Notes: a model not told the origin generated them from the letters alone. A stretch of DNA of 64,000 nt from Chlorokybus atmophyticus (GCA_009103225.1 RHPI01002568.1:534098-598097), one strand, 5' to 3'; shown: positions 25,617 through 40,445, counted from the stretch's first letter. A program made the numbers and translations.

Positions 25617-26612
25617 AAAAATGAGTGGGAGTGGTAGATGTGGAGCACAGTGTAAGTGCGCGTGTGTGTATGTCTGTCATGTGTAGATGTTTGTAGGTGT
25701 AGAGGCGCATTTGCCGGTTTTGGCGTGCTAGTTTGCGGAGGTTGTTTGTTTGTGTGTAGATGTGCTCGCGTTAGTTGGAGAGTAGCAGAAACGAAAGTAG
25801 GGTTATGCCTGAATTGTATTGCTTACCAGTTTGCTGCCGTTGTCACATATGTTGTGCACGTGTCGTGATGTGTTTGTGTTGTGCCGCTTCCTCCTCCACT
25901 CGCTTGCCTAGCTATCAATGCACTGGTCAACTCATGCGCTTTGCAGCTGTTTGCTTAGCCAAGTCAATCCTGCAGGTGTTAACCATGCCCATTGCATGAG
26001 TCATACGTTTGAGCTGACCAACCAGTCTGAGCGTAGTACAGCATGGTACACACGCACAATGTTCGGTTGTCTCTGCTGATCTCTTGATCTTTTAGCACAC
26101 GGTCACACAGTTTTGAAAGGTATGTGGCGAAACTACTAAGGAATGCACCCACCACGACTTGAACATGGATAATTATTGGCAGTACAGCATAGGGTATACA
26201 AAGGAACAATTACATCTGATCTGCTACCCAATTCAACTTCTATTGGTCAGATAGCTATAAAAGGCTGGTACTTTGACACTGCTCAATTCTTCAAGATATT
26301 ATTGGATTCGGAAACTCCAAAAGCGGATTCTGTGCAGCTGCTGCCAGTGGCATAACAGTACTCCCAAGCCTCGGTAATTGCAAACTCCTGTGCACAGCTG
26401 TGAAGTTTGTCATCTCCGAGGTCTGCACGATGAGCAACAGGATAGGTCCCATCAGTGTGTGTGCACAACTGAATTCAGCCCTGAACCATACTGGAAATAA
26501 GCTCTCCACCTGGCCAAGAGGGGGCATGGTGGAACATGAACAACACTGGCATGCGGTTTGTACCACACCCTGTGCCGAAGACCATCGTCTGCAACTTGAA
26601 GCCCAGGCGAGG

Positions 26613-27819
26613 ATGCAGCTAGGCGGGGGTAACCTCCTTGCTGTTGTTGTGGTAATTGCGGGTGTCCTTGGCAATACTAGGCCCGCTACTGCCTGCGTCC
26701 CTATCTTCAATGCCAGCTTCTGTCCTGTAAGAGTGTACCAGTGGTTCGCGCAGAGTGCACTTGTGGAAAATCATCAGTCTCGAACTGAATAACACCACTC
26801 TGGTAACGAATGCAGGTGCTAAACGGGCTTGAGATGTGGTGGTAAGTGATGAGTCTCAACAGCTAGCTTTGTATGCGCGTGACAATGCGCATGCTTTGGT
26901 TGGTGTCAGGCAGCCAAAGGATGTGGAGCGCACGGCAAGGCAGCGCTGCATTGACATTGTTGCCAATTGCCATGCGGTTGGTGCTAGCTATCACGCCTAT
27001 CCAATGCATATTGCTCGGTGTTACTGTGTTATACATGTAAGTTGTATAACTCATCTGGGTATTATGCTTGGACACAGCTGGACATGTTCACTGGCAAAGA
27101 GCAGAAGTGCTTCACCTCAATCACCATGGAGGAGTGCGCCTACTTCATGGTAAGAGCGATTGCCCCAAACTGCGCACACGTACAATCATGATGCAAACAC
27201 CTTTGCCTGTGCAGTGCTACATGACTGCCCAGGAGGCCATTGGCCCGTGCGAGGCCGGATGGAACTATGTTGATGCGTTCTTTCCTGCACCACCCTGCAG
27301 GCAATCATGACTACACACACAATTGATGACTTCCGCATGTGCCATCACATGCAAGTTATCCTGCAACTTCTTATGCACAACAGGAGCCTCTGCCAGAAAA
27401 TGGAAAGGTGCAAACAGAAACTGGTGGACCCCAAAACTAAACAGAAGAAGGCAGATCCTGTGGACATATGCAACGCCTTTCCCGAATGCACTCAACAGGT
27501 ATGTCCTGTCCTGTGTATGTCTTACTTCGCGGGCTCAGTTGGTTGGGTCAGATTCTGGGTCAGGACTGCGTGTAATGCCATCATCAATGGAACAGCAACA
27601 CCACTGAAAGGCAACGTGTACCTTCAGTGCCTTCTGTATGCTCTCACCAACGCTCTTTGCGCTTACGCTTGACAGGATTGCACCAATGTTTGCTTTCAGT
27701 GCTCCGACTGCCGCTGGTGCCGTAATGCAGCAACCACCGTGCATGCAGCAAGCAGCCGTCTGTTTGCTGTACTGGCGACCGCATTGATACTGGCCTTGCT
27801 TGCTGTTGGTATAGCATAA
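26613..27819 (+). CDS. 207-aa secreted, probably GPI-anchored cysteine-rich protein with a Frizzled-CRD-like pattern
   Basis: Seven exons: 26613..26726, 26816..26841, 26910..26976, 27078..27149, 27215..27300, 27384..27498, 27676..27819; all phases join. Signal peptide, 18 Cys including CVPIFNASFCP, CAYFMC, PPCRSLCQKMERC, DICNAFP, then a hydrophobic C-tail. Confidence 0.8.
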
Positions 27820-28128
27820 GAGCAGTGTACTCAAGCATGTGCAGTGTATAACGGGACATGCAGGTTGCATTGTTCTCTCAGAAGTGTGTACTGACTTGCA
27901 CAAAACCATGCACCAAAGTTGTCAAGGCAACATACATTCTCATCATGACCAAAACAGCAGTAGAAGTAGCACACAAGCCCCGCTTGTTCTCCATGAAGCA
28001 TCTCATTACAAAGAAACTAGAAACTATTATAGCCTGAACTAACACCGTTAGCATTATGGTGTTAGGTTACAAGCACTAGACATACTATATATACTTACTG
28101 TATGGCTGCTATCCCACCTTATCATATG

Positions 28129-28828
28129 TCAGCTCTCCTCCTCTCCATAGGCAAGGTGTCTGCCAGTGGCACAGCCCACCACATCCTCACTGGTAGCCCC
28201 ACAGCAGTCCCAAAACCGCCGCAGACCCTTCTCGCCCATCCCGGCCTCGATCCCCAAATACTTTGTTGCCTCACCACCCGTAAACAGCTCAGTGTGATAC
28301 CTGAAAGTGAGAGTATTTGGAAAACACAAGGTTAGCTCTTAAAACAACGACTGCATACTTGCCAGTCCCATGCTGCACAGCTTTGAGCGTAAACATTGGT
28401 GCGCACACGTCAAGTGCAAACACAAGCCTACCATTCCAACCGCTCACGAGAGGCAAACAAGTAAAGTTCATGAAACACTTGGGTGGCGTGAGTTACAGTG
28501 AAGCAAAACAGGCCAGGGCATGCGCATGACATGAAGCCAATCAGAATAGCGATACTGTCATCTCTCACCTGCAAGCTTGCGGGCCGTTGGTTTGGGAGTT
28601 GTATTGCTGACGACACCGCCGGCACGTGCAAAGGGAAGCAGCATCAACAGTGGAAGTTGAAGACTCTCTGCTGCTAAGGCTGGCAGAAGCACTGTCGCTA
28701 GTCAAAGCGCAGCATGCTGCTCGCCTTGCGAGGGCATGCGAGGGCTGTCTGACGTGCTGTTGTTCATCTAACCTCAGCCTTGTGCGGTGAGAGCTTAAGG
28801 GAAGCTGCCGTATTGCAAATCCAGCCAT
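28129..28828 (-). CDS. Small plastid-targeted Cys/His zinc-binding protein (Btk/CHORD-like motif)
   Basis: Exons 28828..28569 and 28300..28129. Ser/Arg-rich transit peptide, then CRRCRQQYNSQTNGPQACR|YHTELFTG..FWDCCGA....GCATGRH. Confidence 0.7.
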
Positions 28829-30474
28829 GCTTGGCGTAGTGAACTAAGCACAAACGAAGTAATGTCTGTCAGCAGCAAGTTTGCAAGAATCATGAAGATA
28901 GCCAGAACCATTTAACGGAGTGATCGCAGCAGCAGCAGTGCAATGCTGCTGCTGCGATCAAATAGCAACATGCTTCGTGAACATAACAGCACGACAGACC
29001 CAACCCAAGCTCAGCTTTCAGCACGACAACCACAATCACCAAAGGGTTGGCTGTCGTAGTCATTAAGACGGACAACACACAGCTGCTCTGCTCTTTCAGC
29101 CATACATTTACCACACAGGCACATGCACTCTCAATCTGGGATCAGTCAAGCACACCTGACACGTCTGAATACACCACCAGCAGGCGCCGCCACTACCGCC
29201 TCAAACGCACGCTCACGCTCTAGCTGCCAGCTGGCATTCTAAGCACCTTGAACTGATATGCGCACGTTGGCATGGCGCCATCCAGCTGACTCATTTGATT
29301 GCAGCAAAGCTGCAGAGTAGCTTGCCTGGCTGGCAGAGACGGCGGCAGAGGTGGCGGCAGAGGTGGCGGCGGCTGTCGTTGGGGACGGCTGGGCTAACAA
29401 CCTTGCCCTGGTGGAGCTTTGGCCTGCGTTGCCGTGGACGAACTTCGTTTGCCATCAAGCCCGGCGTAGCCCACAGGAGCCTAGCTGCAGGTTGAGCCTG
29501 TGTCCTTGCTGTGTGCTTGGTTAAGGGTTTACTTACTTGCGTTGCTTGAGGAATAAGTTGCTGCTTCACCTTTATCAAGTGTTGCATTGTTAGCTTCGCT
29601 GCATGTGCCCTCCATGAATGAGATTGCGTCCACCTTGTGGGTAACAGGGGTGCAAGCGTTCTCTGCGGAGTTGGAGAGGAGCTACTAGCTCCAAACCATA
29701 GGGCAGCTGACCGGCTGCGAAGGATGGACGCTTCCACAGCTCATCCAGCAGCAGCGGAGTGAGTACACTGCGTTCAAAAACAATTGGTTGCAAAACAAAT
29801 GCGGCAATGCGTTCATTGACACATTGGTTTGCCGTAAAGTACACGCAATTATCTGTCGCAGATAATGTCTACTGACTGTTTTGCTGCACAGCCATAAAAA
29901 ACATCTTCATCAAGCATGCAGTTAAACTGTCCATCACATTGTCCATCACACTCACCATTGCTCATATGTGCGACATAAAACATGCACACGATAGTGCAGT
30001 TAAATTCTGTTTTACATACACCATGCACATACTGGTCTGACTCAAGCAATTGACTGTATTAAGCAACTGGACTGAAGGCTGCCGGTAGCGGTAGACACCT
30101 GTATATCATCTGCATAATGTTCTCTTTGAACATGTATTGTCCGCGCCAGCTGCTGTCCTGCAACACACTTACATTGCAATAACCTGCGGCAAGCTTTGGC
30201 AACCGCAACTGCTAGCTCACTCATGCAAAGTTTGCTACACTTGCTGCAAGTTGATGTTGACGGGTAGCACTAGCATGTAATGCAGACCGCGCACACACAC
30301 GCCTGCGCGCGCGCACAAATGCATCTGCTAACGTTTCAGTGGTGGTGCTGGTGTTGTGTCTATGCGTGTACGGTTGCGCGCACACTCACCAACAGTCTGC
30401 GTCACTTCGCGACCTGGTAGTGGCGGTTTTGGGCTTGGCAGAGTCTGCAAGTTGCTTAACTGCTGATAATGCAG

Positions 30475-33400
30475 GAGAGAGTTTGACCTTCAGTTGGCGG
30501 CCCTGACCTTGGAGGACGAGTACCCGGATGTGCCAGCTGATGTGATCGCGAAGAACTTGGCGTCCGCGTGTGGGGATATGAACGCAGCGCGCTCTTCACT
30601 TGAAGAGCTGACACATGCTCCCCCAGACTTGCCCAGTGAAAGTAGCCAGCATCGCAACTGGTGGCCGGCCTGGCCCGAAACACAACTCAATGACAATGTT
30701 GCCAAAGCGCAGCAGGAGCTGAGCCATGTGGATGACGACGATGCTATTGATAGCGTATGCCAGGTGAGCTACTGATGCTCGTAATGGTATGTGCATGACA
30801 GTCCACTTTGACATGGTGATCATCATCACTAGCGGGTGCCATCAGCCGCAGCAGTAGCAGCTGTTCAATACATGTTGTTTGCAACATGCATGCCAGCTTG
30901 AGCACTGTCCCAAGCACATACACAGTACATGGGCTGAATTTTCCGAATGGCACAGGCATTGGAGTCTGCTTTCTACCCGCTGGACGCGTACACAATCCGT
31001 GCAGTGCTTGAAGCGCGCAGCATGGATGTCCCTGGCACAATGGAAACGCTCAGAGAGCTCCTTGGGCCGGAGGGTGTCATTGATGAAGAGTTGGTAATCG
31101 CCATCTTACAAAACGTTGCCCCAAAGCATGCCACGACAGAGTCACAGATGCACCATAAGGCAAGACCCGAAACAACATTGCCACAATGCCCTGCTCCTGC
31201 TCCTGTTCCTGTTCCCGCGCTTACATCTCAACAAGGTACGTACATCAAACTTCAAAGCGGCATACGTTTATTCAGTGCAATACAGTAAGCAACGTACTGC
31301 CTGTTGCACTGTGCACTGTTGCCAGGCATTTGCTGTGTGCATGTACAACATCAAGTTCTCCCGTTGTGTGCAGATGTAAGCAAGGAGGACGCTTCATCAG
31401 TATCCTCGCATGTGCTCGCAGTAGCGGAGCTGGCCGAGTTTTTTCCAGCACTTCCGCAGTCTGCTGTGTCGCTCGCTCTCGCGCGCAATGGAGGTGATGT
31501 TCATGCGGCCTCTGAGACCCTATTGAAGATGCATGCGTCAACACCAAGCACAATGCAAGAACATGTGTTGGATGGCAACAGCGCCTCACTCAGGTAATCG
31601 AGAAGTTGCATTGCTTCTGCATGCTGCCATGCAAGTACACACTTGGAGTGAGCACCAGGCAGCTGTCATAAGTACAGGCAGTAGCAGCTGCTGCTTGCCA
31701 GCATAAAGCATAGCTACCAGCGTGATAATGACAAAGCTTCTGCCATGCAGTGCACCGACTTCTCCCACACCTGAGCAAGCTGTGCAGCGTGTTATACGAG
31801 TGCCATCAACTGCATCGCGCTCTCTGCCGGCCTCACCGCATCTAGGCCGGAATGTGAATAAAGATGGCAACACTGGCAGGGATGCTGCCATGCAGAAAGG
31901 CTTTGTTCTTGGTCAATCTAATGCATCTTTCACTCCATTGACCTTCAAGCCATCCGTGCCAGTCCCATTCAGAGTTGCAGCGCATTCCGGGCTGAAAAAC
32001 AAAGCATTGCCGCCTCCGCCAGCTACTGCGTTTCCTCCACTGATTGTAGGAGATACGGTTGCAAGACTGGCCACGTACGGTCACATGGACTCTGTGAATG
32101 AGTTGGTTGCCTACGTCGATGACCAGGATGCGGGCTTCTCCACAAAAATTGGCGAACTGCAGGTTAGTGCCACTCTTATAGTATCTGCGTGCATCTCTTT
32201 TGCCATGTTGCTTTCCTTGCTTTCTGACTGTGTTTTTTGGTTTGCAGGAATATTTCCCTGTGTTGCCACTGGATATTGTTGAGTCAGCACTAGCGGCACA
32301 TCAGGGTAACATTCAGGTATGGCCATGTTCACTGGCATACGACAACTTGGATCCTTTTGCATATAAGCCATTGTGCGTGCAGCTGCAGTCTTGTGTACAT
32401 CGCCCGCCATCAATGACATATTGCAGAGACCTCAAACAGATTTGCTTGCAGGCTGCATCTGAAGCGCTAGCGGAGCTTATAGATGAGGAGGGTACTATCA
32501 CACACTGGAGTGAGGTTTCAAAGTCTTACGTAGACATGGCAAAGCTTCATCAAGAGGATGCAGACATAGCCGCCGCTGTAGCTGCATCGCTTGCTGATGC
32601 CGAGTCCAGTCGCGTTCGGCAGTATATAATGAAGGTGAGCAAGTGGTGGCCGAACATTTGATGCAGCTAGTTTTTCTAACAAATGTCTGCCATGCAGGAA
32701 CAAGCACGCTTACAGGCAATAGAGGAAGAGCGGTGGCGCAGTGGGCATGCAAAGGATCAGCTGCAGGAGAATAAGCATGTACACCCAAAATCCACTATGA
32801 ATGACTTCTATGTCTGGCAAACGGTGAGCGCTGATGATGGTCGTCATTAATGTAAGTGTTTTCATGGTATGTGGCAGTCTGCTGATGAACTTGTGTACAT
32901 ATTCCAGGTTAAGACAAAAGGGAGTTCTCGCAACACTGAATGTGATCCTGCTACAGCATTGATGCGAAAGGCATTGTCACCCCCGCAAGAATACTGGCGT
33001 CAAGCAGGTACACATTTTGTGTTACTTGAGTATGTGACGCTCCGTTGCACAATTAACTTGTCACTACCTGTCAGGGCTAGCACGTCAAGCCAGAAATGCT
33101 TATTATAAACGCGCAAATGCCGCTTATGACGGCGGCGACACGGCACTTGCGGGCCAGCTGTCTGCGAAGGTGCATGTTGTTGCGCGCCATCAACACGGTT
33201 TTTTTTGGGGCAATCTTTCACCAACACCGCTTGTTGTGCATGAACAGGGCAGAGAGCATGACGAGCGGTATAGAGAGCTGATGGGTATTGCCCAGCAGTC
33301 CGCATTTATCAACAACAACTGTAAGACATGTTTTCCACAGTGCACATGCCTACACAGCAACCTTCCCAGCTTACATGTCGTTACCTGGTGTCTTGCACAG

Positions 33401-33821
33401 CTCAACTAGGAAACCTGGTCAAGCTTGACCTTCATGGACTGACGGTGGCCGAGGCATTGGACACTTTGGAAAAATATCTGGACAAGCTCTCATGTTTGGG
33501 TATGGAGTGGTGCTGCGCCTTGCCCATCATAAACCGCTGGTGTTAATGCATGTACGCTTGCAGGTGCAACTATGACGCTGTCCGTCATTACGGGAGTAGG
33601 CAAGCATAGTGTAAACGGGCGAGCGCGCATTCTTCCATCCGTGGTATGAATTGCTTGGTTGTTTGTGTGGGTGTTGATATTGACCCTGCGTTGTACTGAA
33701 GTTGATATCGATTGTGGGTATGCAGTTGAACTTCCTGAAGGATCACCAGATGAAGTGGTTCATGCCTCAAGCAGGTGTTGTGAACATATTGATCAACCAG
33801 GAACCGCCAGGGTACAGATAA
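30475..33821 (+). CDS. Four CUE-like domains + DUF1771 + Smr domain protein (Cue2/N4BP2-type); start codon unresolved
   Basis: CUE-like repeats EYPDVPADVIAKNL, AFYPLDAYTIRAVL, EFFPALPQSAVSLAL, EYFPVLPLDIVESAL. DUF1771-like ARNAYYKRANAAYDGGD..A..LSAK|GR. Smr motifs LDLHGLTVAEA and VITGVGKHS. Confidence 0.85.
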
Positions 33822-34337
33822 CAGTTGCACCAGCGCTGTGAGCAGGTCTGTTACAGTTTGACAATAGGCGTGTTGTGTTCATGGGGTTAGTTTTGTGATT
33901 AGATTGTGTATTAGGTTAGGTTACCATCAGTAGTAGGGTTGGTTGTGGAGGTTTAGCAATTCACGATGCTAGCAACAACATTGCAGTGCTGGGCACAGAT
34001 TGTCTGGGTATGGTATGTTGTGAGCCAGCCTGGAAATGCAGGATCGCTTCTATGTATGACGAAAGCGCTGCCTTCATCGCAATAGAGAACTGTTGACAAA
34101 GCCAATTATAAAACGGCGAACAGCATTAGCCACAGAGTGCACCGGCGTACAATGTACGCTCTCATAACGCTGGCACACAATATACCATTGACATGGCATG
34201 CACAATGCACATTGCTCAGTGACATGTACAGAACACAGCATTGATGTACAACTGCAAAAATATGTGTCTAAAGTTTGCGCTCGCCTCGCAAGGTGCCAGC
34301 ACCATGACAGACCCGTAAGATTCTCCTTTATACACTG

Positions 34338-35676
34338 CTATCTTAATCGCGATAGTATGAGGAGGCCAACTATGCTGAAGCAGCAGGAAGCCACAACCGC
34401 CACAACCAGCACAAAGGCCGCGAACTGGTTGGGTAATCTCAGCCTCGCCTGCATCTTGTTCAGCAACTTGTCCACGGCGGGTGCCAGAGCGGCGGCAGCG
34501 GCAACTCTGAAAGGCCTGCAAGCATGGTCTCTTTGTACGTTGTCAAGGTAACATCTGACAATTTGACCTGCCTGTTGTGCCATTGTTGGGAGTGAAGTTG
34601 ACACAGATGCGCGCGCGCGCACATGCATTCAATACTACACATGCATGCACTTACCGTGTCACATTGTTGCCCGCCCACATCAGAACAACAACCTGCCGTG
34701 TATATAAGCAGCAAAACATATCAGAGCTCACATGCAACACACCGCTTGCAGCGACAAGTTTGCCATTAACTGTGTGTGCAATGCGCAAAAGTAGCATTGC
34801 AAACCAGCCACGTGCACTCACCCCTGCGAGATCTTTCAGGTTTCTCGCTGGATTTAATCCCATAGTCCTCTCATAAGTCAAGAAAGCCAGGACAAAAGCC
34901 GCCGTGTACGTCACGCCATCAAAAAAGCCATACGTGAGGATGGCGGACAGACCCAGTTTGGCAACACGAGCCCGCAGCTCTCCCGTTGCTTGCTATCCAT
35001 GGTCAAAAACTATACTTGTAAGGAACATATTACACCTCTTTACTTTGCTGCTTGTTGCTGACAAACGCCATACAATCGCAATGCATGACAGAATAGACGA
35101 ACAGACTGTGTGTTATCTTTTTTTGTCAGCGCGTGCACATACACCCACGCATGCTGATACATGCATATGCACACGCACACACATACCCACAAGTTGCAAT
35201 AATCTAACGCTGTTTACGGGGAAGTGCGCACCTGCTGACGCTTGAACCAAGTGATGACACGCTGCACTGATGAGGGCTCCTGAGTACAACGACAGGCATG
35301 AACACACCGCCAGATTAATGTTGTCATCTCTTACAGTTGCACCAGTCTGCCACAATCCACCATCAACTCTAACTTGTTACGACACCTGGGGATAATCACG
35401 GGAGGAGCTGGCGGCCGCCTCTTCCAGAGCGTCATTGGCGTCTGCATTGGGGTTACTGAAGTTTGAGGAAGCGCCAGCGCCAGCGCCAGCGGAGAGGCTG
35501 GCAAAGACTGCATTGTGTCTCAGTTTTCGCCGCTGCAGGGCGGAAGCTAACTCTAGTCTGCTCGACCCTTGCCTCTGCGTTTTGGTGCTGCAAAGCGTCA
35601 ACGGCGGATGTGATAGCGATCGCAACCGTCCTGCGCAGCACGGCAACGTTGCCGACAACGCCGCCGACGCCGCCAT
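34338..35676 (-). CDS. Conserved green-lineage plastid membrane protein of unknown function
   Basis: Transit-like MAASAALSATLPCC.. Spliced core KLGLSAILTYGFFDGVTYTAAFVLAFLTYE..|VVVLMWAGNNVTR|PFRVAAAAALAP..; five exons. Confidence 0.75.
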
Positions 35677-36435
35677 TATGCACGACGACTGCTCTGCGCT
35701 CGACCTGCTTGGTACGAGCGCAGAGTTGAACAAGTGTTACGTTAAGAGAAGCGCGGGCGCGCATTCGGCGTGTACAAGTTGCATCATCATCAGTACCATT
35801 TGCATGATGCGTGCTTGCAGAGTGATTGGCACACGTTGAATACTTTATCTAATAGGCTGTGCCACGCATGCGCAAACATGCCGATGCAAACACTCCAGCC
35901 AGGCCAGCAAACAAGCTGCACTGGGTGACTTACAAACACACAACGAAGTAGTGGCATGATGCAAGCAAAGTACATACGTTGCCGCGAAAGGGGTGGGCTG
36001 TTGTTGGCGACGGATGACGTCGCCGGTTTCGGCACCCGCAGGTGTTCAATGAATCAACCATGATGGCTTAGGTCTTCATGGTGAATGGGGAAAGGCCTGT
36101 ATTGATTCGCGATAGCGCATCAGTAATTGCAACATTCAGCGATTTCGCCGATGTCACTGCNCCGACAATAGTACAACGACAACGACGACGATGCCAATGA
36201 CAACAACGTGGTCTGTAAGCATGTTCCTGTCAAGTTGATCATGATAGCAACATGCTTTAAATGCCACTTAGTCTATTACTTCGCAGCCGCACATTATGCC
36301 AACAAACGACCATCGCGCTGAACTAGCTCTTTCGCCATCTACCCTAAGTCCAACCATATTTGTGCATCGCCGTAGCTTTACCTGCCAGCGGGGCGGCTTC
36401 GTGTTAATGCCAATATTGGTGATCGCATGCATTCA

Positions 36436-36439
<4 letters not shown>

Positions 36440-36499
<60 letters not shown>
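36440..36499. repeat. (GA)n microsatellite
   Basis: Pure GA run. Confidence 0.95.
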
Positions 36500-36502
<3 letters not shown>

Positions 36503-37607
36503 TCCTCTCTTATTATCTTCATGTGCACTACCTAACTACTGTGGGTTGCATCACGCATGCGCAACTTTCAACTTACATACTTATGGAACCCGGTCTGGCT
36601 TAGTTCACTCGTGTGTTAGACTAGCTATTACGTTGTGTTGCATATGCATACCAAAGAATCAATGTGGCATGTCTTCTTGCATTCCAGGCCCATATATGTT
36701 GAGATCAAACAATACCTACGTCAACGTTAATGTTTTGCGCAATGCAAATTGCGTGATTGATATTATTATTATTATCGAAACGGAGTGCTTAGAGCTTTGT
36801 GCTTGCACTCCGATACAATTACATGATAATAAGTATGTAAACGAACATGGTACTATTGATACTTGATTATATGGCATGCTCGATTATCATAATCCGATTT
36901 ATGAAATGCACGACAAAGCATTCTTATTAGCCATACCCCACTTTGCTCAATTATACATTTGATGAACATAATCAACAGATAATGTATAATATAAAGCAGC
37001 TTGTTTGCGTTAATGCGTCGGCCCAGCAGGGATAATGCTTTTGCTTACAAGCAGGATGTGTGTGTTAAAAATGATAGTGTTTGCATTCTTACTTTTTCAA
37101 GCTCGAGACAACAAAAAGTAACAATTGCGACATGCTTCAGGAAAAAGATAGTACCCTAACTTTAAGTCATCAACTCTACCAATGTGATTATTGTGAGAAA
37201 ATTTTGGTTTGCTGTAATAATAATATGATGAAGGCAACAGTATTTGCGCAAAGCCGATTTATCATCATCCTGAATGTTAAAAGCGTTTAAGCTCAATCGA
37301 TCAACATGTCCCGCACATGCACAAAACGAAACGTCAACTTGCACAGTTATAGGATTTGTCCATATCAAGAGCATATACTGTATGGACTCCATCAAAGGCC
37401 CCCCTCACATAAAGTCCTCTATCAATGGAAGTACTGGTTAGCTAAACTCACTTCGTCCTTAGTTAAGGGGGGAGGTTTATACAAAATATGGTGGACTTTA
37501 TTGGAGTAAATACGGTAAGCGACAGATGATGTCACCAGCTTACACATCGACACCTTGGCTCATGTTTTCAGCTTCATGCATCTAATTACACCGGAAAGCC
37601 GCCGGTA

Positions 37608-37652
37608 CACGTGGCGAGGCCACGGCGCCTCCCAACCGTTATGGCACGTGGC
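37608..37652 (+). promoter_or_regulatory. Pair of ABRE/G-box motifs (CACGTGGC at 37608 and 37645) upstream of GPRP
   Basis: Two exact CACGTGGC copies 37 bp apart, about 410-455 bp upstream of the ATG at 38063. Confidence 0.35.
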
Positions 37653-38062
37653 ATTCGACTTCACCTCGGAGACGACGCAACAACAACATCGAGGGTCGAC
37701 GACCCCCTACCTGGCCACACTAACCGGAATTCTGCTTGACGTATTGACACTTATGTCAACCTTACTAACCAGATCTACGCGTGCAGTCACGCCTTCAGTT
37801 GACCAGAAGTACGTTATACTGACGGAGGTCGCGCGCAACAGGTTAACACAGGACAAAGTAAACACGCCACAACCCGAGCATTGCATGACTGTATGTTGTT
37901 ATAACAATTCACCATCCGTCACTTGGTGTTTGACTGCGCCCTGCCACGGTGGCAGTTGTTGATATTATTATTGGCTTTTACGTGGGCCAGGGTGGAAGCT
38001 TTAAGGTTTGGTAAGAGAGAGGGCAGAGAGAGAAGAGGGGCGGCGCAACCCTCTCGGCAAGG

Positions 38063-39620
<1,558 letters not shown>

Positions 39621-40445
39621 TGAAGATAACTGTTGCACAACAGCTTGTGTATTGTGGGTGTATTATTAGCTTAAGTGTATGTTGACTTTGGTGGTGTGTG
39701 GATATCCTCGAGGACCAACAGCTAAGGGTGCTGTTAGGCTGAGGAATAAGGCTGGTGTGTTGTAGTTTGCCTCACTTAACAGGCAAATGATGCCTGTGAA
39801 CGCTGGCCATGTATGATGATACCAACTTGATCTGGATGGTGAGTGGCGTTGTTGAATTTCCTGCCAGTGCTTGTTGTGCATTGTTGGCGCCCAATGTATT
39901 GTCTGCTTCCATGTATGCTTGCACGGACTGTGCGAAGATTGCAAAACCACAGTAGGACTGACAGTGCCATGCCATACTTACCACTTCCTGTCTGCACTGC
40001 CACAGAATGTTGCGATCATCCTACAGTATCCTTGGTAAACAGCAAAAGCAACGCTAGACTTCATCTTGCTGCTTTATATCTATTTGGCAAATTCTGTGCT
40101 ACAGGTATCACGACTGCCAGTAGACATGCAGAATCTGCTGTCGAACACCAATGCTACAACCACTAGGTGCAACTCTGATAGGAGCTCCTAAAAGCAAGCT
40201 CAAGGCTACCAGATGTGCAAGCAAACGTGCATCCACACTCATAATGCAGAAGTTTAGTACGGTCCCTCGCAACAGGCATGAGTCCTGCTTGCTATTAACT
40301 CACCAACAACTGCATGCCCATAGCAAAATGTATTTCTGTGCGCCAACATACCGCTTAAGGAAGGTACCGCGCAGACAAGGAAATGCACTTTGTGTGAGCG
40401 CCAATATGCAAAAGTGTACGGTTTGAACACAAGTTAACACACCAT

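Noticed and set aside
26283-26584. Possible 71-aa two-exon minus-strand gene next to the CRD gene
   Set aside because: Splicing is formally possible, but there is no motif or composition support.
29291-30224. Possible minus-strand gene between the Zn protein and CUE-Smr genes
   Set aside because: There are exon-like segments with splice sites, but I could not assemble a stop-free, recognisable model. A TGA-as-selenocysteine reading has no supporting motif.
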